A stretch of DNA of 64,000 nt from Octopus bimaculoides (Eukaryota). The stretch spans positions 65,009,013 through 65,073,012 of the forward strand of contig NC_068984.1 of the NCBI RefSeq assembly GCF_001194135.2. The letters run 5' to 3'. The notes beneath the pieces are model-generated. The model was given only the letters and a program-made list of their open reading frames with translations. It was not told where the DNA came from and ran no database searches. Both the position numbers and the translations under genes were made by a program. This document shows, piece after piece, positions 12,891 to 27,590 of the stretch. How positions within the stretch are numbered: position 1 is the stretch's first letter; each line of letters starts with the position of its first letter.

Positions 12891-15636
12891 GCAGTAGCAG
12901 CACAACCGCAACACTACTACAAATATCGCCACTGTGACTGCTTCCACACATACTTCTACACATGCACCCCCCGACACACACACACACAGAGGTTTGTGTG
13001 TGCATGCAAAAGAAAACAAATGATGCTTATGGCTTGATTTACTTATTCATTTCTCAGATTTTCACATTAATACAACTTATATGTGTAAAGCTCTTTGCAC
13101 CAAATGAGAGAATCAGCAACTGTTTATACATGCATGTTTGTGCACTCACACAAAGTGCAAGCCAAAGTTACTACACCAAAATCTGCCTTAAAATATTTCC
13201 TGAACAATATATCGCTGCAATAAATGAACATCATCATGTGCTTTTCACAGAAACTAGGTACCAATCTATTTTACCTTACATGAGCAGAAGTTGCACAACG
13301 AACACTTTCTAAATAAAGACTAGATTAGTTACTAGTGAAATAATTGCCTCTTTAGCTAGATCCCACGATGTCTGTTTTTGTGTGGAGGAGAGATTTCATT
13401 TATAGTTCATTTTAAATAAATAACGTTAAAGTTGCATTAAGGATCTTGAAGAAACAATATTATTGTATAGTCTCATTAAAGAAGATGCAAATAGATTATT
13501 GAAAACATTATTAAGGAAAAAAATTTTAAAAAATTGTAATATGTAGGTGGCTATTTTGTACTTCTTTGAAAAAGGGTTTTTTAAATATTAAAAATAAATT
13601 ATTCACTATAGTGGGTGTATGCATATTTTGTGCATATATGTAGGTGAGCACATGTGTGCATTGTATACATGAAAACTTTTGACGTTCAAGCTATGGTAAA
13701 TAAATATATTTGAGGATCAATGACTTCAAGTTTAAAACCTGATTACAAGCAATGCTCTAACAGAGATTTCTTCCAGTGACATAGGAACAGGCAACATTAA
13801 CAGAATTGAATTACTGGTATAAACAGAATATAAAATAAATTGAACCTCAGCAGGATTAGAACTTGGAAAATAGAAGAAGGAAACAATGTCTAAAAGGACT
13901 GCTATTATTTTTGACATTTCTGTACACTTTTTATAATAATTAGTGCAGTATAGTTAACAATCAATTCTTGCCTTTGGCTGGTGACTATTTTATGATTCCT
14001 TAAGGGAGGAAATGGAAAGACAACTTCAATGGGATTTGGGCTCAGCAGATGAAAAGACATAACTAAGTATCATCTACAACCCTCAGACTTTTTTAATATA
14101 ATGTTCATATGACAAAACCCTCAAGATTTTCATAAGTACATTCCAAAACTGTTAAGAGTGAATTAAAGATATCATAATGCTTATTACATTCTAATGATAA
14201 TGCCACACCCTTTATGAATGACATAACCGCCACAAATATGAAAGTATAAAATAAATAAATGATAATAATGATGATAAATACAAAGAATAAGTTAAATAAA
14301 TAATCATAAAAGTTCAAAATAAAACCTAAATACAATGATTCAGCAAGAACTTGCTGAAAGTGCTATTTTGCTAATTTTCTGATGCGTCAGCAGAATTAAT
14401 TGATTAAAATCAAACCAAATTTCTGTAGAAATTATGAGATGAAACATTATCCGATAATTTGGCTTTAACAGAATATTTTCCAGAAAGAAAAGGTCCTACT
14501 TTAAAGTGTCTTTTATTGAAGCCAGTGTTCTAAATAGCTAAGTTATAGACATTATAAGGTTTTATTGGAGAGATTCTCACTATTGTAATCAATTTGAGCA
14601 AAGATTCTAAATAGCTATAATGGATTTATAAGATCTTACTAAAATTGCAGCATGAGTAATTTGAGCCAAATTTCTAGATAGCTATAGCCAATAAATTATT
14701 ATAAGGATTCAAAGACAATGCAGCATGTAGTTATACCTAAAGCTGTGTATTAATAATGACTTCAGATAATGAATACAACCTCAAGAAAGTTTAAATGATA
14801 GGAAGCTTAAATGGAAATACAATAATGTGACATTTTGTGTCATATCTTAAATATATTATTAGTAGTAGTATTGTGATGATTATTAAATTTGCTAATTAAA
14901 TTTAGATCTTCAAGAAAGAGGAAGAAGAGACTGTGTTATTGCCAATATTCTTGTGTATTCATGTATTAAGGTACTGCTTGCATTGCTAGTACTGGTTTTT
15001 TCTAATATTACTGCAGTATAGTAAAACTATATTTAAAATATTTGTTTCCAACATCTGAATGAGGCTCAAGGTCACAATGAAGAAGAAACTGGAAGTTGCA
15101 ACAGCATGCTGCCAATATTTATACTTTTCATGAAAAAATAAAAGAAGAAAAAATATCTTCAAATATGACTCAACTTCTTGGCAACTTACTTTCACTCAAT
15201 GAGATTACATTATTAGTAATTGGTTACATGAGTACACTGGATTGCATTATATGTAAAGTACTGATGTAACCAATTCCAAGTTAGGCACCAACATGGCACC
15301 TGAGAATTGATGTTCTGCTTTTGTGTACACTCATATCTGTTGAAAGCAAATGTAAACTCATTTATCAGCAATGAATAGAAAATAATATTTAAGCTAAGAA
15401 AGAATGTCTACTTGGTAAACCACACAGCATTATTGAAGACCGAGCTTGAAAAGATGTCCTTTTTTGACCAGAACGTTTCTTGGAAAAAAAAAGTTACTAT
15501 GATATAAAAACCTAAAAATCAATTTAAAATGCTTCTGAAAGATCCCAGTAGACTAAAAATGATAATGGAATAGTAATGTATCCCCATGCTAATAGTATGA
15601 GTTTGAAGAGTAGATTATACATATATATAAATGCAA

Positions 15637-15704
15637 ACATACATACATACATACATACATACATACATACATACACACATACATACATACATACATACAT
15701 ACAT
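15637..15704. repeat. (TACA)n microsatellite
   Basis: Directly visible. Confidence 0.95.
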
Positions 15705-18700
15705 GCATGAATGTGCATGTGTGTGAAGAAATATATTTAAAAAATGTCCAAGTGTCACACATTTGCTCAAACAACAATAAAAATATGACAAGGTACATCA
15801 CACATATCAGGTAAGACACTCACCATAAACTGAATACAAGAAAAAAAACACAGAGATGAAAAACATTCCATGCACATGAGGCATGGATATTGGAAGTTCA
15901 CACTACATGAAAAAATGCATTTGAAAGGGAAATAATGCAGTCATGTTTTATTTTCTGTGTGAGAAGAGTAATATTTAGTTCACAGAAACGAATAATGGTG
16001 TGTATCAGTAAAAAGTAAATATCAGTTGATATAGGTGGTAAAATTGAATATATTTGGGTGCCATTAGGAAAGGTGATTCCAGCAGTTCAGACAAAACTTG
16101 TCATTGTGGGCCAGCCAAAAATATTAGAGTTTACCTTATTTCATGACACAGACTTGTATTTTGATTCTCCCACTCCTCTCTAACACAACAAAGAGACAAT
16201 AGAAAATACAACACAATACAGAACATATAAAGAAGCATGCAATGGAAAGGGGCATACATTTCTATACATACACACGTAAACTATTTAAACAATAAAAAGA
16301 TAAAACATATAGTGTCCATGAAAAAGTATAAGACAGTTGCCAAGAATGAATCAATATATCCTGAAATTCCCATGACCTTCCTTTTGAGAAAATGCTTCCA
16401 CTTTCAACACAAGTTAATCTGTGAAGTGGTTAGTAATACCAAGTACCAATATCAAGCTCTTAGTTGTTATCAATTCTATCACTAAATGCTTTGATCCCAG
16501 TAGTTATTTTGACTAATGTAGTATGTAATGTTATATGAACTCAAAATGTTTAAAAGGCAGAATATAAGAGGCAATTTGTGCCATTCCAGTCTTTAGTCCA
16601 ACACTATTACCAATACACCATAATAGCCAACTACAAATTTAATTCTTTTTATGTTACTATATTTTATATGTGAAACACACAAGAAAATACAATACAAAAT
16701 AATTAACAGCAGCATTGTAAATAAAAAAATATTTTCTTATTTTCTTACTGTAAAATATTTTACAATAGATCTCCAATAGCAAAACAAAAGAAGACAAAGG
16801 AAAACATATAACCCAAATAAGTTTCTTTGCTGGAATTTCCTCAATATCCATTTCCAAAAAGAAAAAAAAATGGATGAAGAAATAATGAGAAAAAAAAACC
16901 CCTCATGATTTGAGTACAACAGTATAAATTTCTGTTATTGACATTAAAAGGTTTTGAGTTGTTTCAAGGGAAATAATATTTGGAAGTCATTCTGATGATA
17001 AAACAGAAGAAATTAAAGATAAACAACACCACTAAAGGAAATATGTCCATGTAGTTACTATGACAATGCATATTTACGTTTAATTTCTTCCTTATTATAT
17101 TTCCCTCCAGTTTTAAAGTCTATTTGTTCTGTTTAAGTTATAAGAGAATAAAGATGTCATACTATTGCTATAGCCAACTTATGCCTGCACACAAAAAGAG
17201 ATATTCAAATAGGAAAGAAACACGAATGTGTATGTGTACATTTGACAACAACTATTACAAATCCATACATAGAAGTCATGCACAGCCACACTTGTGCTAT
17301 TTCTCTCACTATTCAATGAGTGGAACATGAATAAAGTGTGTATTTGTATAGAAATAGATTAGAAGTTTTACTGAACACATTGACTATGTTGTCAAGGCAT
17401 GCCTACTATATTACAGAAAACAGACAATTCTCTTTCTAAGTCCATTAGAAACAAAAATAGATATAAGTTTCATGCAATATCCTCATAAATTTTATTTGCA
17501 TCATCACAACTGCAAATTTCATCACCAGCTCTCAGGAAATAGTATGGTGCTTTCAGAATGCATTTTGGGAATGAATACACAAAGATAAGGATATGGTCAA
17601 TTCTGATCAAAGTAACACCATCAATAAATGTATGAAGTTTCTATGAAACCTGTCCAACACTAAAGTTACATATCATTTGTTTTCCCATTAAAATATTAAC
17701 ATTAAACCTAAACAATTCAACTAGTTACAAATTACCAAATTTCTAAGAAATTTTAAAAGGAAATCATCTGATGTATATGTTGTAAATGATACTTGATAAC
17801 ACACTTGATTTTATATATATTACATACAACCGACATTCTAAAACACTTTTTAGATTTCTTCATTAGCTCTCAGTTCAAGATCACAATGATTTTGGTACCT
17901 TCCAAAAATACCATTCCCTCTAAGTTTCTATGGAATTCTAAGTTCTCTCAGTGCACACACTGCAGCATGTTTCTTTCCATTATCACCCATATAATCACTA
18001 CACTAAACTGGGTCTAGCAACTATTTTGTTTTGCTACTGACAAAGGGTTTGTTCTTTCCTCTGATTTTTTCTTTCATCTGAACAGCTCAGGGTATATATA
18101 TTTATTTATATATATAAACTATTTATATATGAACTTATGAGTCAGTCAATGAGAAAACACCTACTAAAAGAATTTTTTTTTGTTTTTGCTGGTTTTAATA
18201 TTTAAAACTCATTCTTCTTATCAATTTCTCAAAATCCAAATGATCCAACTAATATATATAAGCAGTATCTTAATGCTAATTAAAAAAGATTCTAAAAATG
18301 TAATTAGATATCTAATACCTTCAAAATTATATATAGAAAATGTGTATACAGTGCATACACACATACATATGTTTACACACACACACTCACACAAATTTGT
18401 ACATATTTTTAAGAAATTATAATTTTATCCTCCCATTTATTCTGAATTATCAATTCGTTGGTTTAATTAACAATCAGTATGACAAAAGTTGGATCATTTT
18501 TCATTACCAAACTTCAAAATTATCAGAAAATCATTTTTGAAGGTTTGCTAAGATAAAGAATAATATATGGTGCTAGATGATAGTGAAATTTAAATCATCT
18601 GATAAAATCTACTACAACATGGTCATATCACAATGCGAAGGATTATTCTAAGTGATAATGAATTTTATAGATGACATAAGAACTATAAACAGAAGTGAAA

Positions 18701-20276
18701 TATTTGGAATATATATATATAGGATTAAATTTTAATTTCTTCTCTAGAGATACTGAAATGTGAAATTATAAGGCATTTGATTTTTCAAGTACCACGAAGT
18801 ACATAGTTTGAATTCCCTTCCACAAACATTAACTAAGTATTACAATGGAAATATTGTATATACATGTATGTGTGTATATAACCTTACAGAATGCTAGCAC
18901 ACACACACACACACAGTGATTTGCATTAAAAATGAATTCTTATCTGATATATACTGCCAGCAGATTGAGTAGAAGCAGAATGATATTACATATCATGATA
19001 AACAGTTATATTGAGATATATAGTGTAATATGAATTATTGAATGCTGGTGTAATATATGTGTTTGCAGCATAGAAGCTTTTCTTCTTGCAAACAGTCTGT
19101 TACCCACTTTCAGTTACTAGTTTAAAAAATTCACTTATCTTATGCATCAAATGCCCCAAGAAATAACCACAAATGTTACAATTTGATATTTTTCCTCCTC
19201 TTCAATCATGAATAACTCTAGTTAAAATAGTCAAGAAATTTACTCTAGTTATCACTCTTATCTAAGATATAGAAAAAGATAGTGTTGCTAAAATATTTTT
19301 TGTATGATGGTGCACAGTAGAGTATGGAATAGTAAGGCTCAATGTGATATAGTATGGATAAAATATAGATAAAAATATTGGATGAAGATTCAAATAACTA
19401 TAATATACAATGTTAAATATATTGCATTGGAATGAGCAAATTCAAAATTATGTGTAATAGTACATTATGCTCACAGTATAATACACTTTTCATAAAGAGC
19501 AGTGTAGTTGCTTGCTGGATTATGTAGGTTGATATGAAAATTAACAGTTGCAGTATCTAATGTGATGTATATGCTATGTAAAATCTGTGTAGGGGATTAT
19601 TGCAAATAATATTGTGAATACTATATATAAAATCTATGTATAATGAATAATGCAAAGTTTATTATGATAATATGAAGAATGCAATTCATGAAAGATGATA
19701 ATGTAAGTTAAAGCAATACATGACATAAGCATAAATATTTTGATGAAAAAAATGTTGTGTGTGTGTGTATAAGAAAGAGAGAGTGTGTGTGAAAGAAAGA
19801 GAGAAAGAAAAAAGTGGGAGAGAGAAGGAGAGAGAAGACATAATGATTTATAATATTCAGTGAGTTGGTAAAATGATTTCCATCAAGTTAATATCTTCAC
19901 AACAAAATGTTGGAAGTGTAAGAATTTAAAACACTGATGAAAAGGTTAAGTCAAACAATTTATGTTTAATAATGAATAAAAACAATTGGCATTATTGCTT
20001 ATATTTATTCTCTTAGGAAGTAGAAGAAAAACTTCTGAGATACTTTTAATTAAATTCAATGTTGTATCTTATTGATCGATATGTATAAATTTTAAAGAAA
20101 ATCATACATTATTGGAAAATTAGAAATCTAAAATTCCTACTATTTAGATTTTGTATTTCTAACTTAAAATGATTTTTATGAACAGGAGACAGCAATTGTT
20201 TGTGTGCAGGACTACTCATGACCAGATGATCATAAGATCAAATCTTTACAGAAAAACTGTTATATGTGATTAAGAA

Positions 20277-20550
20277 AGGAAAACTGAAAGAAGCCCATCG
20301 TGTATATACATATGTATATATTTATGTTTGTGTGTCTTTGTGTCTGTGCTTGTCCTTCTACAATTGCTTGACAACAGATGTTGGTGTGTTTAAATCCTTG
20401 TAACTTAGCGATTTGGCAAAAGAACTGATAAAATAAGTACTAAGCTTACAAAGAATAAGACCTGGGATCAATTTCTTCGACTAAAATCCTTTGATGTGGT
20501 GCTCTAGCATGGCCACAGTCAAATGACTGAAACAAGTAAAACAATAAAAA
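20277..20550 (+). mobile_element. Family A SINE, 3' half
   Basis: ggaaaactgaaagaagcccatcg ... cagtcaaatgactgaaacaagtaaaa, colinear with the 21076 copy. Confidence 0.85.
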
Positions 20551-21075
20551 AATATATAGATAAGACAATAGATTACTAAATAACTAGATAAGAGTTCAGT
20601 CATTTGTATCTTCCCACTAGGAATGCATCACATTGTGTCCAAGAAACTGAAAACTTTTTAAGTGGAAGATTTGTAAGCAGCAGTTGTGCAAAACAGACAG
20701 GTGTTTTATGACATTTCTATACAGAATTCAGATTCTGCTATATAAATAGCTCAGAGTGATGAGTTTTCTCAAACTGACTTTCAAAGTACATATGCAACAT
20801 GAAGATTTTGTCAGTGACTAAATAAGTAATGAAACTCAACTTACTATGGTATTGTGTTTGCTACAGTCTACCTGACAGTCATCACCTACAATGCTTATTT
20901 GACAGTTTAGTAAGTTAGCAAGAGGAAAGACATAAATTCTTAAAATAGCAAATATGCTAATGTTGAAATTCCCACCACACAGTTACAAAATAATATATAA
21001 ATCATTTCCTTCTATAACATACTATTCAGGAAGAAATAGATGTAATAGCATATAAATCTAAATTTTTAAAAATTT

Positions 21076-21476
21076 GGCTGTGTGGTAAGTAGCTTGTTTA
21101 CCAACCACATGGTTTCAGGTTCATTCAGTTCCACTCTGTGGCACCTTAGGAAAGTGTCTTCTATAACCTTGGTCCAACCAAAGCCTTGTGAGTGGATTTG
21201 GTAGACGGAAACTGAAAGAAGCCCATCGTATATATGTTTGTGTGTGTGTATGTATGTGTGTATATGTGTCTGTGTCTGTGTTTGTCCCCTCAACATCACT
21301 TGACAATCGATATTGGAGTGTTTACATCCCTGTAACTTAGTGGTTCGACAAAAGAGACTGATAGAATAAGTACTAAGCTTATAAAGAATAAGTCCTGGGG
21401 TTGATTTGCTCGACTAAAGGCGGTGCTCCAGCATGGCCACAGTCAAATGACTGAAACAAGTAATAGAGTAAAAGAG
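21076..21476 (+). mobile_element. Full-length family A tRNA-derived SINE
   Basis: tRNA-like head (ggctgtgtggtaag, ggttcattcagttcc), CORE-like gtggcaccttaggaaagtgtcttct, internal (TG)n, and tail agtcaaatgactgaaacaagtaatagag. Confidence 0.9.
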
Positions 21477-22947
21477 AAAATCTCTCATGAAAAGAACAAA
21501 TAAAGTGGAGAAAAAAAAGGAAGAAAATATTAAATTATCTCCCTATATTTTAGTAGTTAGATTTTTTTAATAGGAAAAGATAAAATCAAATAACAGCTGC
21601 AATATCTTCTAGATGAGAAAAGAGCCCATGAAATAAAATGAATGACTATATTATCTGCTTTTTAATTGTCTGAACTCTGGACTCTGTGTGTGTGTGTGTG
21701 TGTCTGTGTGTGTGTGTGTGCGTGTCTGTGCGTGTGCGTGCACGTGTGTGTGTGTTTGTGTGTTTATGTACGTGTATGTGTGTGTCTACATCCATGTGGG
21801 CAGTTTTTACAAATATTGAAATGATAAAGAAACACTACAGAAATACATTTGCTTTCTATTTCTATTTATCTTCCATTTATTCTTTTAAACATGGTTTCAT
21901 AGTTATGTAACTACAGTGAGAATAGTTTTGGAAAATTTATTTTTCGTCCCAAATTTATTTTCAAATAAATTTATAAATAGTCATTTAATTTTCATTCAGT
22001 TATTCATATCAGCAAAAGTTTGACAATGTCACTGTGTGAGTTCTCTTTGTTAATATTTTCACTATGTATATACATGTATGTATATACATGGATGGATGTG
22101 TGTGCATTTATATGTTCGTGTGTCTCAGTGCACTATGTATGTACTCTTTACATACATATATTAGTTGTTTGCTATGAAGATGTACTTATCAGAAAAGAGA
22201 GCTGTCATTTGGAAGTTCATGATTGTATATTCAATGCACACCAGGAAACTTCCTTCCACTAAAAAACGTAGATGACATATTGATTGCCCATCTATGAACA
22301 CTGATGAAGCAGCTAAACTTTGAATTTGTTCAGTAATTTGCAATGGAATGTTGGAATCTAAAGGTGTATAATAAGCCCCATAGATTCCTTTGAATTTAAT
22401 CTTAAAAATATATGAATGTAAAAAATATGTGTATTTGTTGTTTACTCAAAATATTATACCCTCATTATTATATTATATAATATATATTATATTATTGTAT
22501 ATATTATTATATTATATATTCCCATTCATAAAATTATTTCTTTGTTTCAAGTTTCAGATCTTCTTTGACTTTACTGAACCTGCTTTTTACTCTTTTGGAT
22601 TCAAGAAAATAAATAAAAAATTAGTACTAATAATATTTTACTATATATTCAATTAACTTTCTCCTACCAAAATGATAATTTTTGTCTTTATCTAAGCAAA
22701 ATATACCATTAGTATATACTTCAGATATTATTGTGAGTAGTTGCTCTTGATATATTACGTTACTCAAAGTAGATGAGTTAGTTGGTGAGTATGTTTTACT
22801 TTCAGTTAATACCTGAAGTCATTAGCTGTTGATTTATGAGATATTATCATTTTATTCTTTATGCTTTAAACAGTATCATTAAAATTTAGTGCTAATATTT
22901 TTGCAAATGGACAAGGCTTAATTTTCTATTACTATGGAGACTTGATA

Positions 22948-22951
<4 letters not shown>

Positions 22952-23008
<57 letters not shown>
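22952..23008. repeat. (CT)n microsatellite
   Basis: Directly visible. Confidence 0.97.
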
Positions 23009-23010
<2 letters not shown>

Positions 23011-23371
23011 TTTGAAATATTTTCATTGTAATCACCTCATTATCATCATCAATGACAATATTCACTTTGCTATACTCAATTACTTAATTGTTGTACACTG
23101 ATAAGTATTATGGATGAGGCTGGAATAAAAGTTTCAAGTCTGGAAGCTGCACGATACCATTACTAATTTTAAGTAATGAAAGAACACTGGCAGCAAATGT
23201 AACTCTAAGGCTTTAACAATTTGTTTTGGACTCTGACAATCTTTCTAGAATTCATGTACAATATAATAGTATGTAGTTGAAAACTTCCATACAAACGGGC
23301 TACATATAGTACTATAATCTAAGATGAATATATAAGTGCATATATATATATGTATACACACACACACAAAT

Positions 23372-23780
23372 GCAGGTGTGTTGCATGGCTAAGAAGCTAG
23401 CTTTCCAACTATGTGATACCATATGTCACCTGCATTGGGTGTGTCTTCGACTATGTCCAACACTATATCCAGCACTAACCAAAGCCTTGTGATTTGGGCA
23501 GTGCTGGATTTGGTAGATTTGGGCAGTGATGGATTTAGTAGATGGAACCTGTAAAAATCTCTCCATCATTCATGTGTGTGAGTGTGTGTGTGTGTATCCT
23601 TATATCTAAATTACTATCATGCAAACGATGTTGTTCATTTCCAGCCTTCCATGGAAATATGTCTGGGCATGGAAAGTATTACTTTACTTGGAAACAGGCA
23701 AGAGTTGGTTATGAGAAGGGCATCTGGCCATAAAAAACTATCTCAGTAAATTTCATCTAACTCATGCAAACATGGAAAAG
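23372..23780 (+). mobile_element. Family A SINE head with an alternative (LINE-like) tail; carries an internal rearrangement
   Basis: Head as family A. Tail gaagggcatctggccataaaaa..catgcaaacatggaaaagtggacatt matches the reverse complement of the 29760 and 38242 elements. Confidence 0.75.
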
Positions 23781-24803
23781 TGGACATTAGATAAAGACCA
23801 CACACACACACAAACACAAATATTTATGTTTAAAATGCCATCAAGATATATGTAAACAAGTTTATTGATGATGTACCAAGAAGTGATTTCAACTTAAATA
23901 CATTTATTTAAAAAACAACCTTGAAAATGGCAAAAAAACTGCTTTAAGGTCTTGAACCAGGCATCTTCAGTAACGTACATGGAAAAGCTATCAATTTTTC
24001 TAAAGCAAACTTTCACCTTTCTACCATCATATTCACTGTTTTAATCTTACCATTGAGAGAGTTTGTTTACATTTAGAATGTAAGTGGGGATGCATCAAGA
24101 AATATGTAAATAAGTCTTTATTAACCATGTGCCTCAAAGTGAATTCAGAAATAAATAACAGATCATAATTCATTGGATAGAAAAAAAAAACAGACAGAAA
24201 GCTACCTGTAATACTTGAACTACGCAACTTCTGCAACCCATACATATCTATTTCTAACTGCACAAAAGAAGCCTCCTGTCTGGGCTACAGAACATGCCTA
24301 GTTCAAGTCACCAATAGCTTTCCACTTCTGTCTATTGTGAGGCTTAGGTAAATACACAGACACACACACACATACACACACACATACACACAGATATATA
24401 AGTATACACAAAAACACACACACATACCCCACAAACACACGTACACATGCATACTATATGCATAACTTGATAAATCTTTAGAATGTGTGTAAGAATTTGC
24501 AGCAGCTCTGGTTAAGTATATCAATATGTATTCAATTTATATTTACCTCTACCCTTTCATCACAAACAACTATTTCACATCAACTCACAACAAAATTCAT
24601 TCCTATCTGACAAAATGAAAGAAATATGTCAGGAGATCCCCTCTTTTCAAACCACAATAGAAGCATATGGCTGCACCAATCATTTTGTTCAGAACAATTT
24701 TACTTATAACTCTTAAGTTTTACCCTATGACAGTAGATTGTTTAGTATTTCAATAAAATGAATGCATAGTATATAACATAATTTCTTAGTTTCTTCATAT
24801 ATG

Positions 24804-25689
24804 NNNNNNNNNNNNNNNNNNNNNNNNNNNNNNNNNNNNNNNNNNNNNNNNNNNNNNNNNNNNNNNNNNNNNNNNNNNNNNNNNNNNNNNNNNNNNNNNN
24901 NNNNNNNNNNNNNNNNNNNNNNNNNNNNNNNNNNNNNNNNNNNNNNNNNNNNNNNNNNNNNNNNNNNNNNNNNNNNNNNNNNNNNNNNNNNNNNNNNNNN
25001 NNNNNNNNNNNNNNNNNNNNNNNNNNNNNNNNNNNNNNNNNNNNNNNNNNNNNNNNNNNNNNNNNNNNNNNNNNNNNNNNNNNNNNNNNNNNNNNNNNNN
25101 NNNNNNNNNNNNNNNNNNNNNNNNNNNNNNNNNNNNNNNNNNNNNNNNNNNNNNNNNNNNNNNNNNNNNNNNNNNNNNNNNNNNNNNNNNNNNNNNNNNN
25201 NNNNNNNNNNNNNNNNNNNNNNNNNNNNNNNNNNNNNNNNNNNNNNNNNNNNNNNNNNNNNNNNNNNNNNNNNNNNNNNNNNNNNNNNNNNNNNNNNNNN
25301 NNNNNNNNNNNNNNNNNNNNNNNNNNNNNNNNNNNNNNNNNNNNNNNNNNNNNNNNNNNNNNNNNNNNNNNNNNNNNNNNNNNNNNNNNNNNNNNNNNNN
25401 NNNNNNNNNNNNNNNNNNNNNNNNNNNNNNNNNNNNNNNNNNNNNNNNNNNNNNNNNNNNNNNNNNNNNNNNNNNNNNNNNNNNNNNNNNNNNNNNNNNN
25501 NNNNNNNNNNNNNNNNNNNNNNNNNNNNNNNNNNNNNNNNNNNNNNNNNNNNNNNNNNNNNNNNNNNNNNNNNNNNNNNNNNNNNNNNNNNNNNNNNNNN
25601 NNNNNNNNNNNNNNNNNNNNNNNNNNNNNNNNNNNNNNNNNNNNNNNNNNNNNNNNNNNNNNNNNNNNNNNNNNNNNNNNNNNNNNNNN
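24804..25689. other. Assembly gap (886 N)
   Basis: N run. Confidence 1.
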
Positions 25690-27119
25690 TTTTTTTGTCT
25701 TGTTTTTCTACTGATGAAAACTCTATGTTTTTGAGCAGCAAAAGCTGTTAAACACACACTATCAAACAAACACGCACACACTATCAAACAAACACACACA
25801 CACACACACACACACACTGCTATTTGTGATGTGTGCATAACTTCTTCCCACCTTCAGTTTCTCACTAGTGTCATCTTTTCTTGTTCAATAATGATAAACA
25901 GCACTAAAACAAAATTGGTTCTTTGACGTAAAACAGTTTGCTTTGTGAAGAGAATACTTTGACTAACTGCTGATAAACATGGAAACTAAAATATTTCCAC
26001 TTGTGTAAACTGTTAAGTGCTTTAGCCTTCATGGTGTAAAAACTTTATTTAGCATGTTTACTTTATTGTGTGCTTTTGTTCTCAGATTATTTATTGTTTC
26101 CACTATGTCAATATACATAACAGCACTGAAATAATACTGACTCACCACCTACAAACAGATGTCAAACATATGAAACTATACTTGCAGAAGATCACATGTA
26201 ATAAATGTATGACAACTCATCACACACAGAAAAAAAAAAGGGTTCTGAAGCTATCCACAACTGAACACTGAAACTTATGTCTTTTAGGAGTTTGCAGTCA
26301 CCATTGACTATGACAAGTGATGCAACCAAAGCTGATCTAGCAAATAAAACAATAGTAATAGAAAAGAGGAAAGAATTAAAATTATCTCATAAACTTTTGG
26401 GATTTCTTACATACAGCAGAGGTTACTTTAACATTTTATCACTCATTGCCATGAAATGTTCAGCATTTTTAGGGTTTAATATATTATAAACAAGTAGGAA
26501 AATGACAATATGACTTCTGATTGTTTAGAACGGTTCTTGTTGATAAAACTTAAACTAAGCACTTACACTTTCAACGTGTCATGCGGAAAGGATCTATGGA
26601 GCATGTGTAATGTGTATATAGATTTATATGAGCTGTCACCATCCAGGCAAACATTTTATACAAGAAAGACAAAGAATCAAACTAAACTCTGTATTTACAT
26701 TATATTGTGTACAGACATATGTATGTAGATTCTTTTGTCAAGAGAATATGGTATACATAAATAATTTAAACCTGAGATATTTAATGAAGTAAACATGCTA
26801 AATATGGTTTTTACACTATGAAGACAGACAGAACAATTTACATAAGCAAAGATATTTGAGTTTCCATGTTCATCAGGAGTTAGTCAAAATGTTCTCTATA
26901 CATAATAAATAATTTCAGTGATGTTTAACACCACTGAACAGGCAAACAAAATTAGATTGTTGACAAACTGAGGGTGCAGAAAAGGTTATACAAACACAAA
27001 CACACATGTGTGTGGATGCATATTTGTGTTCATACAAGTGTAATACTGGAGTTTTTAATAAATACTTCTAATTCTCACAACCTATGCTGCTCCAGAAAAA
27101 GCTAATACGCAACTAGATA

Positions 27120-27590
27120 TAGGCACAAGTATTGCGCTGAAGTTAAATTTGCATCACAACATGGTTTGGAATTCCACTGTGGAACACCTTAGGCAAGTGA
27201 CTACTGCTACAGCCTTAGGCTTACCACTGCTTTGTGAGTGAATTTGACAGATGAAAACTGTGTGACTGTACGGTTAAGAATATGAGCAGGTAAAGTTATA
27301 TGGTTAAGAAGTTTGCTTCATAACCATATGGTTTCAAGTTCAATCAAACAACATGGCACCTTCGGCAAGTGTCTGCACTATAGTCTCAGATTCAACAATG
27401 CCTTGAGAGTGAAATTTGGTAAACAGAAATTGTACAGAAATATTTCATGTGCACAAGAAACGCACTCAGCACACATATACGCGCACAAGTAAGGTTCAGT
27501 GTGGAGACAAGTGTCTGGCAGAAGAATACTGCCTCAAGAAATCATATCTATCTTCTGTCAGCATGAAAAATCAGATGTAAAAATGATGAC
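27120..27590 (+). mobile_element. Tandem decayed family A SINE heads with an alternative tail
   Basis: Two successive heads (caccttaggcaagtg near 27186; tggttaagaagtttgcttc..caccttcggcaagtg at 27300-27370), then a tail ending in atgatgac. Confidence 0.65.

Noticed and set aside
20845-20885. 41-nt minus-strand exon-like segment (GDDCQVDCSKHNTI) with a GTAAGT donor
   Set aside because: The open frame needs phase 1 but the CUB exon ends in phase 2; weak pyrimidine tract; not CUB-like.
22295-22332. CTGATGA flanked by a 6-bp stem (tgaaca/tgttca), hammerhead-like
   Set aside because: Stem II is only 2 bp, GAAA lacks its G, and there is no proper stem III/NUH.
24033-24281. Minus-strand open frame PRQEASFVQLEIDMYGLQKL... 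with possible splice sites
   Set aside because: No domain similarity, weak acceptor, and it runs through a poly-T tract.
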